64,000 nt of DNA, taken from the NCBI GenBank assembly GCA_000092065.1, contig CP000597.1. One strand, 5' to 3'. The notes under the pieces are model-generated. The model saw nothing but the letters and a program-made list of their open reading frames with translations. It was not told the origin of the DNA and did not search any database. The translations under genes and the position numbers were made by a program. Shown here in pieces: positions 57,548 through 64,000 of the stretch (positions are counted from its first letter, which is position 1; each line of letters opens with the position of its first letter). The DNA is from Ostreococcus lucimarinus. Taxonomy: Eukaryota.

Positions 57548-60022
57548 CTAAATTTCATCGTCATCGTTCTCCGCGACTGCCCGTGCGACTTTCGTTTGAT
57601 CGACATCTCGATAGGTGGCACTGTTTGGCAAGTATCCCGTGCCTTGACGATACTTTTTTTTGTGCTTTTGGTTCAGACGCGCGACCGCTTGCAGCACCGT
57701 ATCGGCTTGATCGACGTCTAGACGAGACTTTTTCACTTCCTCTTCATTTTCGATTGGTCCAGGCACCGTCTCAAGCCTTGACTCATCGACTAATAATTTG
57801 TTCAGAATGTCGCCAACGTCGAAGATCGCGCTCTTCTTCGACGGATCGCGCGCTTCATCTTCAGCCTTGCGTTGAGCGCGCGCCTTGAGAACGTATTCCC
57901 TGCGAATCTTTTCGTAGTTCTCGTCCCCTGGTTCGAGAACGGATGCATCGACCGAACATGACTGGAGGAACTCAGAAAACCTCTCCGATGTTCTCACCGA
58001 GACGCTCGTCGCGGGTTCGCTCGGGTCCGTTCTGACCTGCATTTCTTCCAAATTATTTTCCATACTTGTACCGAAACGTCCCTCTGATCCTAACACTTCT
58101 TGCTTAACGCGCATCCTACGCACCTTTTGTCGTTCGGCAGGGTCCAGATCTTTCAACGCTTCTCGAAAAGCGGACATGTCCACGATGGATGAAATTTGTA
58201 CCAAGTCCTTTTCCGCGAGTTCGCTCGGAAGCAAGCTCGAAAGTTCCGAGCCGCTGTCGTCGCCGTCGCCGTCGCCATCGCCGGCTACGACGTCCGCGCT
58301 CGCAAACGACGACAAATTGCCGCTCGTCACCGTTCGATCGCGCAATGAAGGCTTTGACGCGGTCTTCTCATATTCCCAAAGCTTTTTCGACGTCTGTTCT
58401 CGACTTCGACGCTTTTGCCGCCTCAGAGCGCACGCCGTGGCGTTGTAGCACGGCACCGCGACTCGCACGAACGTGTGCAGCACGATGTACTCATATTTGG
58501 CAATATTTTCCTCTTGCGAATAATCGGGCTGATCAATAATCCAAAGCTGAAAACTCAGCAAGCTCTGCACCGCCAAGAGCATGGCGAGAAGCTCGACGTT
58601 GCTCGCCGGCAGTCTAAGCCGGCGCGCGCCGGCCACTAACAATGGATTGTAAAAGTACACAGTCGTCGTCGATGTCTTCGACTCTAAACGACGCTTCATA
58701 ACGCGGTTCGTTTGTATCCACTCGTAATAATGCCACAAGTACAACGGTCCGAGCATGAGAAACAAGGCGGCGGGCGCCGAGCCGAAGAGGCGGTCGATGT
58801 CTTCTAGCGGATCTGGGATGTTGCCAATCTCGGCAGCCAGGGCTGCTTCGGCGTCCACGCGTTCGTCCTTGGCCAATCGCTTCGCCTCGAGCGCTCGCTC
58901 TTTTCCGAACTCAGCAATTCTCCGACGACGCTTTTTAATATCCATTTTTACCCCGTCGCGAGTGAAGAGCATTCTTTTCAACGTAATTTCAATTTCTCTG
59001 ATTCGGTTTTGAAGCTCGAGCGCTCGTGGATCCGTCTTCAGCATCTCCACTGTAAAGTTTCCGCGAACGGAGTGCACGAGCCGTTTCATGTCCAAGAAGA
59101 GTTGTCCACAATTGAGCTCCAGCGTAGCCAACTTCACTTCCAAGTCGACGAGCGTCTTTCGCTCTGATTCGTAGTCGAACACCGCCTGCAGCTGCGTCTC
59201 TTCTTCTACGCTCTCCGATTCACTCGAAGCCGAGACGGTTTTCTTATCTCTTCCGGCACCGAAACACGCGAAGCAACCGGTCGGCGGTTCTTCCAACGCC
59301 GCCTCGGGTGCCTCCGGCGGCGGCGACGCTTCTGTGGTTTCCTCTTCCTCCTCCGTCGCCGCCGTTGACTCTTCCTCGGTGTCGGGCTCCTCCACGAAAC
59401 CATCCCTCTTGACGAACTCTTCGGCAAATATCCAATTCGCTACGCGTATGGGCGTCGCGTTCACGCTCCCGTCTGGGAACCGCGTCTGCGGCGCCACACG
59501 TTTTTCATAATAGCTCAAATTGATGTACTTCGACGTCACTTCCTCGTAAGTATGGACGTCAAACGCCGCCGGATCGGCGTCGTCCGCGTACACCACGCGT
59601 CTATCGCGTCCGTCGTCGTCGCTCTCGTCCGCCGACTCTCCGCTCGGTTCGGCCACGGGCGTCTGTAATCGTGTACGCCACGCTCGCTCTTGCGCCATCG
59701 CCGCGAAGCGTCTCGCCGCGCGCGTGAGCGATTCCTCCACCTCCCCCGCGCGCGTGCTCCCCGGTATCATCACCCCGAACGTGGCGTCGATGAGTTCGTC
59801 TTCGCGCACGCCCACGATCGCTTTACCGCCGTTCGTCGTCGCCAGCGCCTGGACGTAGCGCGCCTCGTCGTCGTCGTCGTCGTCGTCCGCTCGAACACCA
59901 TTCGTGTGGTCGGCGCCGAACACGTACGGTGCGTCGCCGTCGCGTCTCGTTCGACGCTCGCGCGCGACGTCGTACCCGACGATTTCGACCACGTCCGCCT
60001 TCGCGTCGTCGTCGTCCGCCAT
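57548..60022 (-). CDS. Hypothetical large protein with acidic N-terminal region, central coiled coil and C-terminal transmembrane segments
   Basis: A 902-aa track ORF (GTG start at 60256; first ATG at 60022, MADDDDAKADVVEIVGYDV…). Its coiled coil is QLQAVFDYESERKTLVDLEVKLATLELNCGQLFLDMKRLVH…. Hydrophobic helices follow (GPLYLWHYYEWIQ and LLAMLLAVQSLLSFQLWII). Confidence 0.5.
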   Translation of the reverse strand: MADDDDAKADVVEIVGYDVARERRTRRDGDAPYVFGADHTNGVRADDDDDDDEARYVQALATTNGGKAIVGVREDELIDATFGVMIPGSTRAGEVEESLTRAARRFAAMAQERAWRTRLQTPVAEPSGESADESDDDGRDRRVVYADDADPAAFDVHTYEEVTSKYINLSYYEKRVAPQTRFPDGSVNATPIRVANWIFAEEFVKRDGFVEEPDTEEESTAATEEEEETTEASPPPEAPEAALEEPPTGCFACFGAGRDKKTVSASSESESVEEETQLQAVFDYESERKTLVDLEVKLATLELNCGQLFLDMKRLVHSVRGNFTVEMLKTDPRALELQNRIREIEITLKRMLFTRDGVKMDIKKRRRRIAEFGKERALEAKRLAKDERVDAEAALAAEIGNIPDPLEDIDRLFGSAPAALFLMLGPLYLWHYYEWIQTNRVMKRRLESKTSTTTVYFYNPLLVAGARRLRLPASNVELLAMLLAVQSLLSFQLWIIDQPDYSQEENIAKYEYIVLHTFVRVAVPCYNATACALRRQKRRSREQTSKKLWEYEKTASKPSLRDRTVTSGNLSSFASADVVAGDGDGDGDDSGSELSSLLPSELAEKDLVQISSIVDMSAFREALKDLDPAERQKVRRMRVKQEVLGSEGRFGTSMENNLEEMQVRTDPSEPATSVSVRTSERFSEFLQSCSVDASVLEPGDENYEKIRREYVLKARAQRKAEDEARDPSKKSAIFDVGDILNKLLVDESRLETVPGPIENEEEVKKSRLDVDQADTVLQAVARLNQKHKKKYRQGTGYLPNSATYRDVDQTKVARAVAENDDDEI

Positions 60023-60157
60023 GGCGTGACGGCGCGTCGGCGTCTGACGCGCGGAACGACGCGCGCGTCGACGCGCGCATTCATCCGCTCGGTCGTCACA
60101 TCGCGGACGCGCGGATCGAGCGCGGGCGCGAACGTCCACGGCGCGTCGAACGTCGCG

Positions 60158-61516
60158 ATGGATCAAGAGTACGACGCCATCATCTTGGGCACCGGCCTGA
60201 AGGAGTGCCTCGTCGCCGGCTTGCTCGCGAGCGTCGAAGGCTACAAGATCCTGCACGTGGACCGAAACGATTACTACGGTGGGGAAAGCGCGAGTTTAAA
60301 TTTGACGCAGCTGCACGAGAAGTTCGCACCCGAGAAGGCGCAAGACAAAGCGGCGCTGACGGCCAAGTACGGACGATGGCAAGACTACAACATCGATTTG
60401 GTCCCCAAATTCATGATGGGAAACGGATTGCTCGTGCGCGTGCTCGTCCGCACCGGCGTGCACAACTACTTGCAATTTCGCGCCGCCGAAGGGTCGTACG
60501 TGCAAGGAAAGGGTGGAAAGATTCATAAAGTGCCGTCGAACGATAAGGAAGCGCTGCGGAGCTCGCTGATGGGAATGTTTGAAAAGTTGCGAGCGCGCAG
60601 CTTTTTCATCTTTGTGCAAAATTTCGTCGAGACGGACCCGAGCACGCACGGCGGATACAACTTACAGCGCATGCCGGCGAGAGATTTGTACGAAAAGTTT
60701 GGTTTAGCCGCGGAAACGGTGGAGTTCATCGGTCACGCGTTGGCGTTGAAGACGAACGAACGCTATTTGGACGAGCCCGCCGTCGACCTCGTCAAGGCGG
60801 TGAGACTTTACTCCGATTCTATGGCGCGATTCGACACCGGTTCGCCGTACATTTATCCGCTTTACGGCCTAGGAGAACTCCCGCAAGGATTTGCACGTCT
60901 CAGTGCGGTGCACGGGGGGACGTACATGCTGGCGAAATCCGACGTCGAGGTCGTGTACGACGAGGAAACCGGTCGCGCGTGCGGCGCGAAATCCGAGGGC
61001 GAAACCGCCAAAGCAAAGTTCGTCGTCGGTGACGCGAGCTACTTTCCAGGGAAGACTCAAAAGGTCGGTCAAGTCGTTCGAGCGTTGTGCTTGCTGAGCC
61101 ATCCGATTCCGAATGTGAACGACGCGGAGAGCGTACAAATTATCATTCCAGCGGCGCAGTGCGGCCGCCGCCACGACGTCTACGTGCTCGGCACGAGCTC
61201 GGCGCACAACGTTTGCGCAAAGGGACGCTACTTCGCGTCGGTGAGTACGACTGTTGAAACGAACGATCCTCATCGCGAACTCGAGGCTGGTCTTCGCATG
61301 CTCGGTCCGATCGACGAGCTCTTTTACAACGTCACCGACGTGCACGCGCCTCTCGCGGATGGAACTGCCGACGGCGCGTTCATCTCCACGGGTTACGATG
61401 CCACGACGCACTTCGAGACGACGGTTCGGGATGTCGTCGATATTTATCGACGAATCACGGGCAAAGAATTAGACTTGTCCAAGGACGACGCGGCCGCGGC
61501 GAACACTTCGGGCTGA
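60158..61516 (+). CDS. GDI: Rab GDP-dissociation inhibitor (Rab-GDI)
   Basis: MDQEYDAIILGTGLKECLVAGLLASVEGYKILHVDRNDYYGGESASLNL… shows full-length Rab-GDI/REP family conservation through to …GYDATTHFETTVRDVVDIYRRITGKELDL. The start is an ATG at 60158. Confidence 0.9.
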   Translation: MDQEYDAIILGTGLKECLVAGLLASVEGYKILHVDRNDYYGGESASLNLTQLHEKFAPEKAQDKAALTAKYGRWQDYNIDLVPKFMMGNGLLVRVLVRTGVHNYLQFRAAEGSYVQGKGGKIHKVPSNDKEALRSSLMGMFEKLRARSFFIFVQNFVETDPSTHGGYNLQRMPARDLYEKFGLAAETVEFIGHALALKTNERYLDEPAVDLVKAVRLYSDSMARFDTGSPYIYPLYGLGELPQGFARLSAVHGGTYMLAKSDVEVVYDEETGRACGAKSEGETAKAKFVVGDASYFPGKTQKVGQVVRALCLLSHPIPNVNDAESVQIIIPAAQCGRRHDVYVLGTSSAHNVCAKGRYFASVSTTVETNDPHRELEAGLRMLGPIDELFYNVTDVHAPLADGTADGAFISTGYDATTHFETTVRDVVDIYRRITGKELDLSKDDAAAANTSG

Positions 61517-61633
61517 TGATGTTATGAAACGAAACGAAACCAAACGACTCACCCACGCTGATCTCGACGACGAACTCGCGCAATCGAGATTCAGGATGAA
61601 AGAATACTAATTTTACAAACTTTTTAAATTTTT

Positions 61634-62767
61634 CTACATTTTTTGGCCCCATTCCTCAAAGTCTGGAAATCGTTCAATGAACTTGGCCGCCGACGTATTC
61701 ACGGCGACTATCGCGCTCGTCGTATCGTGCGGGTGCCTCTCGTGGAGAAACGCCAAACGCGATATCACGCGTTCGCTCGATGTGAGCATGCGCGCTAAAG
61801 ATGCCGGCTTCAGTGCGTACTGTTGAATCGCGCCCGGTTTCGTGCGCGCGAGCTGTGCGCACCTATCAGCGAAGGTGTTTGGGTTGGTCGTCAGTAATCG
61901 CGGCGAATACATGATCATCGCCTCGACCGTTGACTCGCTCACGCCTTCAGACGCCAGCGTTTGACGCATGGCGCGAAGATTCGAACTGACGCTCGATGAA
62001 ATATTCATCGAAAGCAACTTGGGATGAGAATCAATCAAGGCGAAGACATCGGTGTACGGCAACAGCTTTGACAACTCGCGCAGCTTTGCCGGTATCGTCA
62101 TGGTGAAATCCATGCCGAGCACCTGCGGGTTCCGTTCGATCAACCGCTTCAAGTCCACGGTCGGTAAAAGTTCGCGTAAAAGTTCCAACTTTTCCGCCGT
62201 CCAGTCTAAATCGCAGTAAATCACGCGTGGACATCGTCCGACGATGACGCCCAAATCGACGCCGCTCAGCGACGCGCCCAACCACAGCGCGTCTTCGAGC
62301 TGCGCCAATCGCTCGAGTAGACGAACAGGGTCTCGATAGAGTCCGGCTTTACACGCCATATCAATCAAACGCTCGCGATGCGCCTTCTTGCGCACTCCGA
62401 CGCCAATCCAGAACGCTTCCATGATTTTAACTTGCTCGCGCGTGAGCGACACGCTTCCAGCCTCTTTCACTTGCGTCGAGGCGTCCACCTCCATGAGCGC
62501 GCTGATCAAATCCTCCCGGAGCAACATCTCCCCGTGACCGTGGTAATACAACCGCTTCCCGTGCCGCTCTTTCACGCGGCGCGGGTCGGGAACGACGTAC
62601 GACGACGAGGCTCCTCCATCAGCACCCCCGGCGTCGTTCGACGAGCGTCCTCGCGCTGCGCGCGACGCCGTCGCACCGCGCGACGGGTGACGCGGACATC
62701 GAGCGACGCGTGGTACCGCGCACCACGTTCCGCCACGACCGGATGATTCCGCCGTCACCGCGCGCAT
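61634..62767 (-). CDS. mTERF-family (mitochondrial transcription termination factor-like) protein
   Basis: It has repeated mTERF-type helical motifs (…LRELLPTVDLKRLIERNPQVLGMDFTMTIPAKLRELSKLLPYTDVFALIDSHPKLLSMNISSSVSSNLRAM…). It sits in a lower-GC segment. The track start at 62854 is GTG; the first ATG is at 62767. Confidence 0.6.
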   Translation of the reverse strand: MRAVTAESSGRGGTWCAVPRVARCPRHPSRGATASRAARGRSSNDAGGADGGASSSYVVPDPRRVKERHGKRLYYHGHGEMLLREDLISALMEVDASTQVKEAGSVSLTREQVKIMEAFWIGVGVRKKAHRERLIDMACKAGLYRDPVRLLERLAQLEDALWLGASLSGVDLGVIVGRCPRVIYCDLDWTAEKLELLRELLPTVDLKRLIERNPQVLGMDFTMTIPAKLRELSKLLPYTDVFALIDSHPKLLSMNISSSVSSNLRAMRQTLASEGVSESTVEAMIMYSPRLLTTNPNTFADRCAQLARTKPGAIQQYALKPASLARMLTSSERVISRLAFLHERHPHDTTSAIVAVNTSAAKFIERFPDFEEWGQKM

Positions 62768-62926
62768 GACGCCGCTCGCGTCGCCGCACTGTGAGGAATT
62801 CAACAGATTTGGCGGTTGACGTTCGATCGACGCGATCGCGTCGCATTTCGGCACACTCTCGCGGGACGCGTGGGATCTACTTCATTCTTACATAGCGTTA
62901 CGCATTTTTGATGATTTCTTGGAGCG

Positions 62927-63505
62927 CTAAGCCAAGCCGTTTTCTCGCGCCCACTTCGGCGAGTACGTCGCCGCGCACTCCGCATCTATTTTGGCAGCGA
63001 GGATGAAGTCAAACCGCGAGAGTCCCCCGATAGCGTGTGTGGCGATCACCACTTCCACGTCGCGATAATTTTTAATGGCGACGTCCGGGTGGTGTCCTTC
63101 GCGCTCGGCGACGACGCTCACGGCGTTTAGAAACTCCATCGCCGCGGACCAGTTCTTTGAAGTGAACGCGCGTGAGATCGCGCGCCCATCCGCGGTGCGC
63201 CGCCACAACGGTCGCTGACGGAGTCCTTCTTCGATGGAACTTTCGCTCAATCGTGGGGTGTCCCTCGAACACGCGCCCTCGCACGAACTCTTTTCATCCA
63301 TCGCCGCGGTTTCACGAACGCCGCTCGTGACGCGCGAACTGAAACGACGTCCGACGGCGACGCGCGCGAACGAACGCGATGCGAACCTGTCGCACAACGC
63401 TCGTCCGGCCACGCGCGCTATGTATGCCGTCGTCGTCGCGCTCGTCGAACGACGTCTCCGTGGCGTCGCGCTGTGACGGTTACGCGTCACGGTCCCGCGC
63501 CACAT
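62927..63505 (-). CDS. PCBD: Pterin-4a-carbinolamine dehydratase (PCD/DCoH) with organellar presequence
   Basis: EGLRQRPLWRRTADGRAISRAFTSKNWSAAMEFLNAVSVVAEREGHHPDVAIKNYRDVEVVIATHAIGGLSRFDFILAAKID carries the [ED]-x-H-H-P-x5-Y-x2-V-x-V-x3-TH signature. Start candidates are ATGs at 63505 (with presequence) and 63301. Confidence 0.8.
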   Translation of the reverse strand: MWRGTVTRNRHSATPRRRRSTSATTTAYIARVAGRALCDRFASRSFARVAVGRRFSSRVTSGVRETAAMDEKSSCEGACSRDTPRLSESSIEEGLRQRPLWRRTADGRAISRAFTSKNWSAAMEFLNAVSVVAEREGHHPDVAIKNYRDVEVVIATHAIGGLSRFDFILAAKIDAECAATYSPKWARENGLA

Positions 63506-63575
63506 CGCGGCGCCGTGATGCCGAGCGAGCGCGGGGGCGGGTTTTGTCGAAGGAGGCAAGAAACATCGACCAGAC

Positions 63576-63851
63576 ATGGTCATCGACAACGCTTTCGACG
63601 ACAACGTCAAGATTGTGTTCGACCTCACCAACCAGGCGCCACTCACTCGCCATGGCACAAACATTCTGGCAGTTGACAACCACCTTGAGAGCGCGGAAGA
63701 GAAGAAGAGAAACTCGCCCGCATGGGCGAACTTTGTTCCCTTGGACGGCTTGACGAGCGAATTCGTGCCTTTTGCAATCGGTTGGTACGGTGAGATAGGT
63801 GGAGAAGCGTTGAGTTTCATTCGAAGAATCGTTGGCTTTTTTAGGGTTTAG
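63576..63851 (+). CDS. Terminal ORF (91 aa) abutting the telomere; its stop codon is provided by the first TTTAGGG repeats. Possibly a truncated gene fragment.
   Basis: MVIDNAFDDNVKIVFDLTNQAPLTRHGTNILAVDNHLESAEEKKRNSPAWANFVPLDGLTSEFVPFAIGWYGEIGGEALSFIRRIVGFFRV*. The last codons are …ggc ttt ttt agg gtt tag, with the final three lying inside the telomere repeat. The segment has lower GC and a non-low-complexity composition. No family recognised. Confidence 0.3.
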   Translation: MVIDNAFDDNVKIVFDLTNQAPLTRHGTNILAVDNHLESAEEKKRNSPAWANFVPLDGLTSEFVPFAIGWYGEIGGEALSFIRRIVGFFRV

Positions 63852-64000
63852 GGTTTAGGGTTTAGGGTTTAGGGTTTAGGGTTTAGGGTTTAGGGTTTAG
63901 GGTTTAGGGTTTAGGGTTTAGGGTTTAGGGTTTAGGGTTTAGGGTTTAGGGTTTAGGGTTTAGGGTTTAGGGTTTAGGGTTTAGGGTTTAGGGTTTAGGG
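63843..64000 (+). repeat. Telomere: about 22 tandem TTTAGGG repeats (plant/green-algal type), G-strand 5'→3' toward the window end
   Basis: A perfect tttagggtttaggg… array runs from 63843 to the end of the window. There is no subtelomeric satellite between it and unique sequence. Confidence 0.95.

Noticed and set aside
1-64000. Prokaryotic interpretation (operons, CRISPR arrays, defence islands)
   Set aside because: Telomeric TTTAGGG repeats, spliceosomal GT..AG introns, transit peptides, and eukaryote-specific genes (Rab-GDI, AAGAB, DYRK, R2R3-MYB, THUMPD1, mTERF) show this is nuclear eukaryotic DNA. No direct-repeat/spacer arrays were seen.

Overview
This window is nuclear DNA from a eukaryote, not a prokaryote. 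It is very GC-rich, most genes are intronless, and it ends in about 22 tandem TTTAGGG telomere repeats (63843..64000), so it is a right chromosome end. I called roughly 45 protein-coding genes. There are no subtelomeric repeats, transposons, CRISPR arrays, rRNA or tRNA genes. A nuclear RbcS gene carrying a chloroplast transit peptide, plant-type telomeres and compact GC-rich genes together point to a green alga, most plausibly a Mamiellophyceae-like picoalga; this is an inference, not a database result.

The clearest structure is a triplicated Rubisco small-subunit locus (36616..40364). Two copies sit head-to-head around a 263-bp shared promoter and a third lies in direct orientation; each copy has one intron that the six-frame ORF track cannot show. 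Other confident calls include an SLC25A39/MTM1-like mitochondrial carrier, a JMJD6-like JmjC protein, a THUMP RNA methyltransferase, THUMPD1, an ACC-deaminase/D-cysteine desulfhydrase family enzyme, organellar ribosomal protein bS21, a DYRK kinase, a C-S lyase aminotransferase, AAGAB, SelO, coproporphyrinogen oxidase, PrpD, a PiT phosphate transporter (one intron), an FEA1/ISIP2a-like iron-uptake protein with a duplicated domain, an R2R3-MYB, an MgtE/SLC41-like transporter, a small HSP, Rab-GDI, mTERF and pterin-4a-carbinolamine dehydratase.

The most interesting non-coding signals are:
- a recurring promoter 11- to 13-mer, CCGAATGTCCGAA, seen five times upstream of nutrient and photosynthesis genes;
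- a 70-bp TATA-containing promoter module present twice, flanking the phosphate transporter;
- a perfect 40-bp palindrome in the bidirectional promoter between the iron-uptake gene and its neighbour;
- several promoter or in-frame tandem duplications;
- a final ORF whose stop codon is supplied by the first telomere repeat, suggesting a truncated gene healed by telomere addition.

The ORF track accepts GTG/TTG starts, so many listed starts are not ATG. Where I could, I moved starts to the first plausible ATG. All start coordinates are approximate, and all numbers come from reading the sequence by eye.
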